64,000 bases of DNA from Vitrella brassicaformis CCMP3155 (taxonomy: Eukaryota > Protista > Chromerida). Positions 48,097 to 61,900 of the stretch are shown piece by piece. The notes under the pieces are model-generated. The model was given only the letters and a program-made list of their open reading frames with translations. It had not been told where the DNA came from and did not search any database. The translations under genes were made by a program, and so were the position numbers. Location: assembly GCA_001179505.1 (NCBI GenBank), contig CDMY01000231.1:62001-126000 (forward strand), given 5' to 3'. Numbering within the stretch: the stretch's first letter is position 1; every line of letters starts with the position of its first letter.

Positions 48097-49733
48097 ATGA
48101 GGGCCCCTCCATCGCTTATGAGGCCCCCCCACCGTCCCGACATTCAGCTGGACGACATTCGTGAGGAGGACGCCGTCTTGCGAATCATATCAGAGAAGGC
48201 AAAGACCAAGACAGAGAGAGAGCTGGCCTACCAAGGAAGGTGGGCGAGACCATGCATTGGCATCCGAGATTGTCCGCATCTTTGTCTTGGTGCGGTGTGC
48301 TGTGTGATTCAGATGGTCCGATGGCCTTTGTGAGGTGTGGAATGACTGTGGGTGGTTCATCGCCACGCTATTCCTCGGCTGTTGGCTGAGACAGGGCGTC
48401 ACGCTGCAGCGGTCCAACATCATGGGTCTGGCGGAGGCCTGCCCCCTCTTTGGCTTCCTCTTTCTGGTCTCGGTGGGGCTGCTCTTCGTGTCGTGGTACG
48501 GGTACACCAACCTGGTCTTCCTGGCGTGCTTCTTCATACTCATCTACCTCCTGCTGACGTGGAAATACCACCTCAGATTCAGACACGTAAGCACAGCACA
48601 GCACAGCACAGCACAGACCGACAGAAAAGCCAACAGAGACGTACAGTACACTGATGGGATGGGGGGTATCTGTCTGTTTCTGTCTTAATTGTTGGTTCGA
48701 TTCAGCGGTTCTCCCTGCCAGCCACCGATTCGACAGAGGATTGCTGCCTCGTGTTTCTTTGTCTGCCATTCGTCCTGGCCCACCAAGGCAGACACGCAGA
48801 CAGATTCGCCGGTAGGCAGCAGCAAGCCAACTCAGCAGCAAGCCAACTCCCGTACACTACACGCCTGCATATGTCTCTACTCGCTGCATCGCATCAGGTG
48901 TGTTGGCGCCCGCCAGGTCGGGTGCTTATTATGACGAAGAGATTGCCATCGGAGACGCCACCAAACAGCCACTGGCCCCCACATACGACACCTACCCCCA
49001 GCCCAACGCAGGCGACAAGCCCACACAGAAGATGGGCACCAAGCTGACCATGGAGAGTCTGGAGACGCGAGAGCCGCTCACAGTGCACGGCACCAAGGAC
49101 ACGAGCTTCGTACCCGTCATGATGGGCGGGGGCAGCGGCGAGAGCCTCACCGACAGAGAGAGACCCGACAGCAACACAAGCCGTGAGACTTCATCAGTCG
49201 TTAGACAGGGGCCCCTCATGTCTCAGCTGACGCGTCACCTCTCCGACGAAGCGGTCGTGCACCGACACACACACACCGGCCCCTCGGCCACAGCCAGCCA
49301 GCAGCTCGCCACCCCGCCAACCCACCTACAGCATTTTTCGTCGTCGCACAGCGACGTCATTCACTACGCCAACACGCAGAGAGGGGGGCCGGACATACAG
49401 GGGCAGGGGAAGCGAGGGCCGCTGAAAGAGGAGGACATCGAGCGAGAACTGATGCGAATGCGGTCGATGCAGCAGCAGCAGCAGGAGCAAGGCGCCTACC
49501 TGCCGTGGCGCCCCAGCTGGCGACGGGCGGCCACACTGGACCCCACTGTTTATGGCAAGCCTCTGTTTGATCCCGCTGATTTCTACCGCCGTGCCCGCAG
49601 CGAGATAGCAGTGCCCGTGACGCAACAGCAGCACATGGGGGATGACGATGCGGCCAGCGGGACGACAGAGGGAGGGTCTGGGCGAAAGAAGACGGGCGAG
49701 CCGTTCAGAAAAAAGATGAGAGTGGAGAAATAG
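48097..49733 (+). CDS. PLAC8/DUF614-like membrane protein with a long disordered C-tail
   Basis: Spliced R|WSDGLCEVWNDCGWFIATLFLGCW, two hydrophobic segments, then EDCCLVFLCLPFVLAHQGRH; 278-aa terminal exon. Confidence 0.7.
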
Positions 49734-49952
49734 ATGAGTTGGACAGATCAGATGGAGAGCTGAATGAGAACCGAGTTAATTGACAAAGCGACTTGCTGTC
49801 TGTCTGTGTGTCTGCGGGGAAGGGCGAAAATAGTTTTGACTCATGTGCCTTTACAGGAGATAAGTAAGTATTGACACGCACAGACACGCCAGTTTATGTA
49901 TATCGACCCGTAAATCGACACACTGGAATAAGTCCACTGAGCCCACTGTTCG

Positions 49953-51556
49953 TCACCCTTCGTGCCCAGCATCATCACCCTCGGTTGTCCGGTGCCGCGA
50001 CCTCGACCGCACCCTTGGCTTCTTTGCACCATCCGCAGCAGCAGGAGACAGTTTGGGCCTTTTGGGCTTCTTGGGGAGACACGACAGGGGGTTCTTGCCC
50101 TTCTTCTTCTTTCTGTCAGAGAGACATCAATCAACGGGGGTTGCGGAAGGTGACACACACGAACCAGTGGTGTCTGCCGTGCGGCCTACTTTTTCTTCTG
50201 GGCTGCGTCCTGGTCTTGTTGTGCTTTGGCAGTGGCGTCTTTCAGAAAAGGCCGTTCCCACTCCCTCGGACCCGCCTGCTGCTCCTCACGCTGAACACAC
50301 GCTTGACGCACCGATTCGATCCATGTGTATGAATGAGTATGGTGTGGGTCTGCCTGCCCAGCCCACCTTGCTGAGGGATGCCTTGGCCGCATCTGAGGGC
50401 TCCTCGATGAGCGGCACGCTGCCGTGAAGATACAGCAACGGCACACGTGGAATACGCCTGTCAGATGAATCAATCATCGTTATTCCGCTCCATCAAGCAT
50501 GGTTGTATTGGTGCCGCCTGCGATCATGCCGTGAGTGCCGTGCCGACCTGACGAATGCTTGCAGGGTGCGATCCTGCGTCGCCACGCAGAAACGGTGCGG
50601 ATTGGAGGACCCTGCACACACAATGAATGACACACAACCTCAATCACAGCAGTGTAGCGCCCTTGGCGTACCGAGGAGTTGCTTGATGCACTCTGCTGCA
50701 TCGATGGTGCCCTCCTCCCCCTCGTCCATCTTGCGCCTCTTCCATGCCCGCCATCCGCCACCCTCGAGGCTCTCGCGGCTCTGCACAGCCGAGGTGGGCA
50801 CCACACGATGAACCACATCGTCGTCGTCTTGAGGACAATCGACCTCTCGCGGCCTCTTCTTGGCACCTGGGGTACATGGTGGACAGACAGGGTGCTCAAC
50901 ACTACTCGCGGAACAGTCAGTACCTGGCGGTGGCGTGCTGGCATCGTGGTCCGCTAATTCGAGCCCCTCGGCCTCGAGGTCATTTGCATCATCCGCTGCT
51001 TCTGGTGGTGCATCCTTGCCGTCTGGTGGCTTTGGCGCTTCCTGGATGGCCTTGGTGTGATGGCACTTGTGCCTGAATAGTGAGTCGAGGGAGCGGGCAA
51101 GACAACGAATGGGTGAGTGCTGCTGATTGACTGACCTGTAGAAGTTCTTGGCAACGAGCACCGCCCCGAGGAGGTCAGGCCCCAGCTTCCGCAACTCAGC
51201 CATGGTACACGTTGTCACAACTGATGAATGAATGTACCAGGATAGATACACATCACATATATCGGTTCGTTGGCCTCCATCATCCTGACTGACCGACCTG
51301 GTGTGCATCTCCCTCCCAGCATCTTGGGCAGCTGTTCCTTGATGTGCACCTTCTGCTTCAACGACGCCTGGATGAACGGACCGTCAACTGAGCGCATTGA
51401 CAACACAACAACAGACAGGGATGGATGAGTGAGATCCGCCATGGTTCTTGCCTGCCTGATAGGCTTACTGAGGACGCGATATGGTTCGTCGATTCCGCAT
51501 GCCACCCTGTAGAAGCGCATGATGCGCCTGAACTGCTTCTGACGCTTCGCCTTCAT
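49953..51556 (-). CDS. UTP23: rRNA-processing PIN-domain protein UTP23
   Basis: MKAKRQKQFRRIMRFY...EPYRVL|VDGPFIQASL, TTCTMAELRKLG, CVATQD, IPRVPLLYL and C-terminal KKKKGKNPLSCLPKK. Confidence 0.9.
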
Positions 51557-51669
51557 CCTTCTTCTTTGCACCTCTAAGCTCGCAGACGAGGCGGGCGGCG
51601 CGAAGAGGAATGTCGTGGCTTGGAAGAGGCGCGGCTGCAGCACTCCGTCAAGGGTGCGTGCAGTTGGGT

Positions 51670-53550
51670 ATGAGATCCCGCTCCTTCTCGACACTAGCAT
51701 CTGCCCTGGATGCTGATCTCATCGGCTTCATCGGCCTCGGTGAGCAGCAGAGCAGATCCAACACGGGAGGTTCATGGTGATCATCGTGTGTATGTATTGC
51801 ATATATGTGCAGGCAACATGGGTCTGCCGATGGCGTCCAACCTGCTGACGCACGGGCGTAGGCTGCTGGTGTTCGACATGTCTGATGAGAGGCTGCAGGA
51901 GGCCCAGAAGAGGGGTGCCAAGGCCGCACAGAGCGTCGCACATGTGGCCCGGGAGGTGAGCGAAGCGACCATTGATTGCAGTGCATCTGCATGCACCAGG
52001 ATGTCTGTGACATTCCTTCGTTCGTTCCTCCTCTGGCTGGGTGTGGTGTGTGTAGGCTCGCGTCGTGATGACCATGCTGCCGGCCACGAAACACGTCAAG
52101 GCCGTGTACCTCGGCGAAACAGGTCAGTCAGCATACATACACACGTGAGGGACCAGATGGATGAAGTGAGGCGGAAAGGTTTAGTGAGTGAGTGCGTCCT
52201 CGCTGTTGTGCAGGTCTACTCGCCAATCTGGGGGAGAAGGGCAGTCTTATCATCGACTCGTCGACCATCGACCCTGTGAGTGCGGAAGAGGTCAACAAGG
52301 AGGCCACATCGGCGGGTTATCGGATGGTGGATGCCCCGGTGTCTGGCGGCGTGCCTGGGGCGGTGGACGCGACGCTCACCTTCATGGTCGGGGGCACCGA
52401 TGACAACTTCAAGGTACGTACGTACGTCCACTACACCTCACCTGTCTGTCGGTCCGCATGGTTTGCGTGAGTGGTGGCACAATGAATGCGACCAAATCCA
52501 TCCTGTCCTGCTGTGCTGTTGTTGTATCGTTTCCGATTTGATGTGTGTGGATGTCATGTGCTGTGATGGGTGGTTCGGTTCAGGCTACCCAGCCGCTGCT
52601 GGCCATGATGGGCAAGAGTGTGGTCCATTGTGGGGGCCCGGGCAAGGGAGCAGCCTTCAAGGTAAGCGTCGCAAGCACAGACGCTGGCCAGCCAGATAAG
52701 ATAGCACGTGTGTGTCAAGCAAGACTTGCTTGTGTCGCCCTCCCTCTGCAGGTGTGCAACAACTTGATCCTTGCCGTGAGCATGCTGGGCGTGTCGGAGG
52801 GCTTCAGACTCGCCGAGTCTCTCGGTCAGCCCAGGCTGCCGTGTGACAGATCAGATTCCGGACACGCCTAATGCAATGCAATGCAAGCCACACAAGTGTA
52901 GTGTCTGTCTGTCTGCCGTGTGTGTCACACGCAGGCGTGGACCTCAACAAGTTCGCCTCAGTCGTCAACACGTCATCCGGCAGGTACTGTACTTCCCACA
53001 CAGACACATGGACCGGATGCATCCGTCCACCCAAACCAGCAGGCACACACACGTCTTCGGGCGGCCCCTCTCTGTGCTGTGGTGTGCAGGTGCTGGTCGT
53101 CTGATACCTACAACCCTGCACCCGGTGTCATGGATAACGTACCGGCCTCCAGGTGTGTGAGTCAGTCAGTCCAGTGGACGAACGATGCGATTCGATGGCA
53201 TCCATCACAATGAATGCCTATGCTTCGTGATTCGATTCACCATCCGTCGATGCCATGCCATGTCATGTGTGCCTTTCAGGGATTATGTGGGCGGGTTTGC
53301 GATAGATTTGATGGTCAAGGACCTGGGTCTGGCGCTGAGTGCGGCCGAGGTGACCAAGGCACCGCTGCCCGCCACCAAAGAGGCACACCGCCTCTACGGA
53401 CAAGTCGCCGCCAAAGGTACGTGTAAGTGAAGGCAATTGATGAGCGTCAAGACACTCAGGGCTGGCCGCATGTGTGTGTGTCTTGGCTGCTGTCACTCAG
53501 GTCATGGCTCGTTGGACTTCGGCAGCGTCTACAAGTATGGCGGCACCTGA
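51670..53550 (+). CDS. HIBADH: 3-hydroxyisobutyrate dehydrogenase
   Basis: IGFIGLG|NMGLPMA, TMLP, IDSSTIDP, DAPVSGG..GA..ATLTFMVGG, K|VCNN, TSSGR|CWSSDTYNP.PG, GGFAIDLMVKDLGLA and DFGSVY. Confidence 0.95.
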
Positions 53551-54668
53551 AAGAAAGAGTGCGTTGGCCGCGTCGTATGCCATCAGCATCAGTTTTTCGT
53601 CGACCTGTCTAGCTACACACACACACACACACACAGAGACACAGACATTTACACAGCTCTTATGGTGTCAGTCAGTTTCTTCCCTTGGTCGCCCCTGTGC
53701 CCGCCTCGGCTGACTTGCCTCTTGATCGATCCACCGACCAAGAGCACAAGTCTGCTGGGCGTGTCACAGCTGGAGGATGGGGAGGACAGACAGCCTCACT
53801 AATGTGTGATGAATCAGTGCATGGGGCGTCTGTCTTTTTTGGGTGACGATTGGTTCATTCTTATTCCGTTTTGTGCGTCCGTCCGTAGTGGACAGACAAG
53901 GCGTGGGGCGGCGCCTTCTCTCTCCTTCCTTTTTTTGAGCCGTACGTGCGTATCTCGTCAGTCACGGTGAATGTGTGGTGTGTTGCCGTTGTTGCTGCGG
54001 AGGTGCTGCCTGTGTGTATCACCGCCTGGTCATAGTCTGTCCATCCCCTTTGTTTGTATGTGGTGGGGTGGTGTGTGGCAACACAACCTGACGGACCCAC
54101 CGTGTGTGTTTTTGTGTGAATGCCGCGCCCGTCCCAACCACCGGAAGCTGCTCATTTCGACTCGACTGGACTGGCCGTTAACTGGAAAGACATTAACTCA
54201 TAGCCCAACGTCAGGCAGAGTCTGTCGGTCTGTCATGAAATGAACTGTGTCAATCGACCAACTCTCAATCACGCGACAAACATGCCAGCCCATCCTCAGC
54301 GCCCGCCTGGCGTATCTTCTAGCGCCCGCCTGGCCCACACGCACACACAAACGAGCACGGGCCCACCCAATCACCTGGCTATACGACTTCTCAACCAGGC
54401 GGCCGGAAAAAGCATTGGCCTCTCTGCCCCACACACCATCCACCGTGACGCCCAAGGGGGTGAAGTGGATGGACTTGTCCTCGCACACACTGGCGGTTAA
54501 CCAACGCAGTGGTCGACCGACACACAGTGTGATCCACTCCATGCACTGCACTGAATGCAATTGAGTCCACAAACCAACGGACACAAAATCCTTGCAGGCC
54601 ACGCTTCGCTTCGCTTCGCTTCACCCCTCACTCACAGGACAGACATCTGTCTGTCAACAAAAAACCCC

Positions 54669-55854
54669 TCATGCTCGTGCCATCCAGGCACTGAATGCCT
54701 TAGGGTAGTCTGTCTGGATGGCTGTGATGCCGTCAGGGTGCCTCACAGCGTACGACCAATCGCCCTACACACACACATACAGACACACCTGCCGGCCGGC
54801 CTGCCGGCCTGCCTACTGATGTGTGTGTGTGATGTGCTGTGTTGTGTTGTGTTGTGATGAGAGACCCACCTCCTCGTTAAGTATCCAAATGACAACAGGC
54901 ACCCCCCGCCTCTCCAAATGACGCCACAGACCTGTCAGGACACACACATTCACACACATCATGGATAATATGATATATAGATGTGTGGACGATTCAATCA
55001 GTGAGGCGCATGACTTGACTTGCCTTGCCCACCTGGTCTGTTGATGAGCACCTTGGCCATGTAGGCCTTGGCCCAGAACCACCACCCCACCTTCTTGCCC
55101 TTCATCTCGGCAACTTTTGCGAACAGATTGACGATAAGGGAATTCACCAAGGGGACATTGTAGACCTGCAAGCAAGCAACCCATCACACCCCACGCATAC
55201 GCACACGCACACGCAGCCGCAGCAGAGTGACACTGACGACGGACACACACAGTCCTCCTCGTGTGTGTACCAGGTTGTTTGGGATGCTCACGAAGGGCAG
55301 AAGGCCCATTGTGTAGAGCGCGACGATTCTCAGAAATTCGGGCTTGACAGTGATGCACGGGACGGACGTATCCTTGGCCTGCATCACACACAGAGGCCAC
55401 AGAAAGAAAAGAGGCCACTTGATTCAGCGGCCCCGGTCTGTTTGTCTGGCTGCATACCCACCATGAGTTTCTCCTTGAGGGATTTGTTGAAGGGGTTGCC
55501 CCAGACAGTGCGGTTCTTCCGCCCCGAATTGACCAGCTCTCGGTACACAGCATCGACTGTCGCCTGGTCGTCATCCCACAGCTCAAGGATGGCAAACATG
55601 TCAGGCCCGAGAGCCGCCAACACATCCTTCAGCAGCGACAGGCGGCCACCTGCGCACACACGAACAGACAAACACAACACGCGAACAGCGGTAGGGAGGG
55701 AGGGAGGTGTTCGTGCCTGCGTGCGAAAGTGTGTGTCTGTGTGTGACTACCGTACCGTCTGTTTTGACGGGATGGGGGATCAGCAGGTTGGGTGGCAACT
55801 CCTTCTTCAGCGGAGGGATGTCGTCGTAGTTGAGACTGCAGACAGACACAAGAC

Positions 55855-55890
<36 letters not shown>

Positions 55891-56338
55891 CCGGTGCCCA
55901 ACCATGGCAGGAGATAGATACAGGTGAGCTGTGTGTTGTGTCCCTTCTCCCCACCAGTCACTCACTCTTTCAGCTCTTTGTCTGCTCCCGTCAGGTTTTT
56001 CAGCCCCGAGTGGTACGCCACGGCCACGCCGTCCTTGGTCATCCGTGCATCAATCTGGCACCCCGCCGCGCCGTTCGCCACGCAGTTGTTGACTGCACTG
56101 ACGGTGTTCTCGGCCTCTTCGCCGCCTCCCGCCCGATGCCCCACGCACAACACGCGGCCTCCTCGAGCTTTTTTCGCATCGAAGAAGATCTTCTGCCGGA
56201 TGTCCGAGGGGTCAGGTCGGCCCCAGAGGAGGTGGGGATACCGCCCGAAGATCTCCGAGATGAGTGCATAGGTAGCGACAGCCCCGCCGGCGACGACCAG
56301 AGGCCGAAGCCATGGATGGGCGTCGGTTGACGATGCCA
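54669..56338 (-). CDS. GDPD1/GDPD3-like glycerophosphodiester phosphodiesterase with N-terminal TM
   Basis: N-terminal hydrophobic anchor, HRAGGGEEAENT, MTKDG, LNYDDIP, VVIWILNEE and terminal exon IQTDYP. Confidence 0.85.
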
Positions 56339-56401
56339 TTGGCGGAGCCTGAAAAGATTTGCGAGCTCATTGGCTGACTTGAAGGGTGGGGGTGGTGGAA
56401 A

Positions 56402-57516
56402 ATGAACAGCTTTTTCAGCTCCCTTTGGACCCCGCCGTACGGCCACATCAGCTTCACTCACACGCCCCCGTTTCCCGCCGCGTGTTGTGTGGCTCCGAGC
56501 AAGCTGCACAAGCGGGGCGTGTTTGCCACCCGCCATCTGCACAGGGGAGAGCTGATTGAGATGTGCCCGGTCCTCAAAATCGACGCGCGGTACCTCCTGC
56601 CGCAGACGGGGCTCAGGTACACAGAGGGGAATTACAATTGCATGCAACGCAAAGCTCCTAACAAGCCCATCCGTTGTTTTGTGTCTGTTGCTCCCTCCTT
56701 TGTGTGTGTGCAGGGACTATGTGTTTGATCCGCAGGAGGCCTGGTGCGGCCCGGGCAAACACACCTGCCTGCTGGCGGTAAGTAAGAAAGAAACCCTCAG
56801 ACGTTGGAGTGGAGTGTGCACGTTCTTTCAGTTGGGGAACGGTTCGCTGTACAACCATGCTCCCAATGGTCGCGGCGCCAACTGCACCTGGCACTACGAC
56901 AAGACCAGGGAGGTCATGGTGCTCTACGCGACCGCTGCAGTGGCCGCCGGGACCGAACTCCTGCACGACTACTCTGACGTAAGAAGGAACCAATAGAACC
57001 AACCGGATGAAATCGAGTCGTAAACAAAGCGGCCCATTAGTGTGTTTGGATGGATGGATGGATGGATGGATGTGTGTGTGTGTGCAGGACTACTGGAAGG
57101 CTCGCCCCACCCAGGCTGCAGTCCCTCCTCCCTCCGGCCAAGCTCATCCCGCCCTGCACACCACAGCCCCTGCCGCCCCGGCGGCGGCACCGGTGCCAGG
57201 GCCAGCCCAGCAGGCGCCCGTCATGAAGCACACAGGAGAGGGCGGCATCACACAAGGGGCGGGCATCACACAAGGGCCGGGGCCGCTCGCACCCCTCGAA
57301 CATCCACCCAACGCCATCCCTGTCCGGCCGCTCCATCGCCAGCCGCCACTGCCAGGCTATGCGGGTGCGCCGTTCCGTCCTCCAGTGACACCGCTGGCTG
57401 TGACGCGCTCGGTCATGGCACAGGGCCCCCCGGGAGGGTTTGTGGGGACGGTGGTGATGCCGCCGGTTGGCCAGCTGCACACCACACAGATGGTTAGGAA
57501 GGAGGGTGACAACTGA
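56402..57516 (+). CDS. Small SET-domain methyltransferase with a Pro-rich tail
   Basis: RGVFATRHL.RGELIEMCPV, GNGSLYNHA, ANCTW and AGTELLHDY.D|DYW. Confidence 0.85.
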
Positions 57517-58290
57517 AGGATGATTATGGGGCCGTGGCGAGGGGGAGGGAGGGAGGGAGGGAGAGAGAGCGAGCCTGGCTGGCTGTGTAACTAACGGTGA
57601 GTCCGTGAGCGAGGCGTGTTGTTCGTATGTACAGGTGGGCTGGCCAAGAGTCGCTGGTTGGCTGTCGAAGCGGGATCTGGTTGTGTGGTGTGTGTGTGTG
57701 TATATATATATATATCGCTTCCTATGAACGCGACGGAGGCTGGTTGGCTGCATGGATGGAATGTCTGTTGCCTGACGGACTGACCAGGGAGGGGAGGGGA
57801 GGGGCAATAAGATTTCGCCATTCAGTCAGCTGCGACAGACATGCAATCATCCATCCATCATTCAAGGCATTCAAGGCAAAGGAGAGGTCTGTCGATTTGC
57901 ACTGCAGGCGCATGCACATGCACGTCTGTCTGTCTTGTGTCTGCTATAGATGAGTGCACTCATGCAACCATCACTGCATGGCTGGTACAAACACACAAAC
58001 ATGGGAATACATACATACAGACATCTGGAGCTAAGACGCACCGCACCAACCGACACACACCCACAGCCCACAGGCAGACAGACAGACAGCCCCAATAACT
58101 GTAGGTAGGTACTGTACGATCCTTTCCTTGGCCAGCTGTTTGCTCTCGACCGACCAGTCAGTCAATCAATTGGCTAACTAATTGGTTAACAAACAAAGGA
58201 CACACGCGCACACATACACACACATAGGTACATCCATCCCATACACGTACAAGCACACGACCCCACCCCCCACCCCCCCTGCACATGGCC

Positions 58291-58590
58291 NNNNNNNNNN
58301 NNNNNNNNNNNNNNNNNNNNNNNNNNNNNNNNNNNNNNNNNNNNNNNNNNNNNNNNNNNNNNNNNNNNNNNNNNNNNNNNNNNNNNNNNNNNNNNNNNNN
58401 NNNNNNNNNNNNNNNNNNNNNNNNNNNNNNNNNNNNNNNNNNNNNNNNNNNNNNNNNNNNNNNNNNNNNNNNNNNNNNNNNNNNNNNNNNNNNNNNNNNN
58501 NNNNNNNNNNNNNNNNNNNNNNNNNNNNNNNNNNNNNNNNNNNNNNNNNNNNNNNNNNNNNNNNNNNNNNNNNNNNNNNNNNNNNNNNNN
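58291..58590. other. Assembly gap (300 N)
   Basis: Run of N. Confidence 1.
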
Positions 58591-58952
58591 GCCCTGCCTG
58601 TACTTGGGGACGTTTCCTTCGTCGCCTGGACTGACGCAAAACAACCGACACGACACACCAAATGTCAATGGCACTCGACGTGGTCCTTTCTCTCTCTTAA
58701 CTCAATGGGTCTGTCTGTCTGTCTGACGCCACAGAGTGCACATGGACGGATGAATGACAGCAGCCAAACAAAGCGGACGGCGGAAAACGGCTACCTCTCT
58801 CTGTGTGTGGCGTGCGTGGATGCGCGTGTGTGTGCTCCTCCACCCCATTCCATCCCATCCCAAGAAATGAGTAATAACGACTGACTGACTTCATCTGTGC
58901 CGTCCCTCCCGCCTCCTTCCCCCCCGCATCACAGCTGGGCGGTGTGCATGTG

Positions 58953-61900
58953 TCATGCTGTCCTGACAGGCATGGGTATGGCGGGCTGTTGCCGCAGCTC
59001 ACGTTCCCTCTCGTCAAAGTCATCCTCGTCGCTGTCGTAGTCTTCGCCTAGCTCAATCGGCACATCACCTGTGTGGATGAACGAGACGGACCGACACATA
59101 TGAGAAAGAAGTCTCTGTGTGTGTGTGTGTGTGTGTGTGTACCAGGGTAGTCTCCGCCCCTGTAGTTGCTCATCTGTATCTCGCGTAACCTCTGCTCCTC
59201 CTCATCGTCCTCCTCTATATCACCCACACACATACGCACACATACACACAGAGCCGGAGGTGCACACCTCGTGTTGTCTTTTTTTCCCTTTTCGTGTGGC
59301 AGCAAATGGGTGTGTGTCTCTGTATACCGGCCATGGTCTCGTAGGTGACGGGTTTGGTCCTTACGGACTGACAAATGATCACGATCATCGCTGAAAGACG
59401 GAGGGAGGGAGGGAGGGAAGGGCCAGAGGCACACGGAAAGAGCATGCGGGGAATTGTTTTCATGTTTGTCATATGGGTACGTACCGATCAGTACGGCAGA
59501 GACCCCGACAATCGCTGCCGTCCAAATGCCTGCAGGACCCACACACCCACACCACAACACACCACACCACAACACACCACAACAGAGAGGGTATCAGAAA
59601 GCAGCTGCCAACGCGTGAAGCCATAACCCCCCACTGACCGATCTTAGAAGAGAGTGCGGCCTCGTCCATGCTGGCGTCTCCTCCCTCGCCCGTGAGTGTC
59701 TGTCCGCCCTCACTGATGGTGCCATTACGTCCCTGCCCCCTGTCGCTCGAGCCCTGTTGTGCATGGGGATAGGACGGGGGGGCGGGGGGATGGGGCAGCG
59801 CATGACCATCCAGAGTATTCGACTTGCCACCACCCCCTCCACTGGATGGCTGTGCTGGTGCTGGTGCTGGTGGGTGTGGGATGGGGGCGGATGAGTCGTC
59901 GAGTGGTGGTGGGACGGTCGTGTCAGAGGTGGATGTGTGTGGACGAGACACAGGGGGCAGGGCAGTGGGGGTGCGTGGGGGGCTAGATGGGCTAGACGAC
60001 GAGGATGTGTTGGCGGGGGGTGGGCTAGGGGTGCTCGTGGTGGTGCTCGTGGTGGTGGTGGTGGTAAGCAGTGGTGCGTCCGTGTCTGTCGATACCGGCG
60101 GACTTGTCGAGTAGAACTCCTTCGGATACAGCGGCAGGGCCTTGTGCTCAGGAGCTGACAACCACACACACAGAAGGCCATGTTTTCCCGTCCATCCCTC
60201 CCTCGTGACCGACAGTACGACGGTGGCTTACGTGGCGGCCTCAGTTTGTCCAGGTATCTTGGGCATGCTGCATCGGCGAAACCTGCATCCACCCAACACA
60301 ACACCACAGCACACCGCAGCACACCACATCAACCTGTCCGTCTGTCTGTCTGTCTGTCTGATGGTTTTCGGCTTGGCACTCTCTTGTCTGTCGTGCCGAC
60401 TGACCGACTCTATCCTCGGTGCGGTCAAATATGACGTCCCTCTGCACCATGAACGACATGCCCAGCACCGTGTCATGCTTCCGGTTGTCGTCGATGGCCA
60501 AACACCACTTCCTGATGAACAAACCAACCAACCACAGACACACAGCACACGGTCAATGGGGAAGGCGGGCAACTGAATGCCTCTTCTCCCTGCGATCGTC
60601 TCTCTCTCTCGTACTTGGACGGTGGCTTTGGGAAGAGGTACGAGTGCGCTCTCCAATGGATGGTGCCGCCACCCCTGCAATCAACCAACCAACCACCGAC
60701 TCCATCCACAGGCGCCCCGTCCCTCCCTCCCTCTGCCCCTCTGTGGTCTCTCTCATCTATCTCGCCCCACCCACTTGAAGGTGATTCTGAAGACGGGGAA
60801 GGTGTCGAGGTCCTTCTCATCCTCAATCTCCCAGCAGTCGTCCGAGTGGTGGGTCCGCACGCCCTTGCAATGCTCGGGGTCCTTACAGAAGCTCTCGAAC
60901 GTCTCGGAGATGCCCTTCCATATCTCGGGAGGCACATACGTGAATGTCGTGCCTGACCGACAGACAACCCACGAACGGCACGACAGACTGACAATGCGTG
61001 TCGTTCTCCAGTGTGTGCATATACATGCATGGGTGTACCAGAGTCGACAATGACCGATCCCCAGGCAGAGCGGCCCCCCAGGCTCTTGCCCTCGATGTCG
61101 GCATCCTGCAAATGGATTGCAAGAATGATGCGGCCCAGAGGACACATATATCAGCATGATGGATCTGATCGCTAAGGCGGCTCACTCACTTCGATTCCAA
61201 TGGAGTAGTAGAGATGGTTCTCCATGGGCGTCCACACGACCGTCGGCTTCTCCTCCGCATTGTCATAGTTGCGGTGGAGGCTCTGGTTGTACCCACCCAC
61301 AGTCAGTATGCCACCCTGATCCGCCAAACATATGGCGAACACCTTCGTGTCGACCGCACCTTTCTGAGGGAGGGAAGGAAAAGAGAGCAAAGTAGGCAGA
61401 CAGACAGACAGGCAGCAGACGGGAGTGAGTGACGGAAGGGCCAAGAGTGGCGTGATATGATCGGCCGGACGGCTTCATTTGATGGGATTGAGCTGACCTG
61501 GTCGCTGAAGAGAGCATCGATGATGGTCTCGTGGTCCCTTGACCGCCTTGGTGCCACACCCACAATGCCGCTGGCCTTCTGGGTGGTGAACAGCTTGGTC
61601 TCGGCATCATGGCAACCTGACAGACACAAGCACCCACCCCACCCACACCAGCCACATACATACACACATACATTTAATCACACCGCCATTCCATTCTCTG
61701 CCATTCATTCGTTGTGCCCGCCTACCAGCATAAGCCTTGACTGCAGGATTCTTCCGTTCAACATCGCCTATGCGGATGTAGTCCTGGAACCAGTAGCCCG
61801 CAATGCTGGAGCCCTCCGTGTAGCCCTGGTAGTAGCTGCACCGCTCATTGCGGCAGGGACACCCACCCTCACATTGCTGCCAGCAACCACACACACACAC

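Noticed and set aside
30880-58884. ORFs containing X runs at 31.0-31.3 kb and 58.3-58.6 kb
   Set aside because: Artefacts of translating through N gaps.
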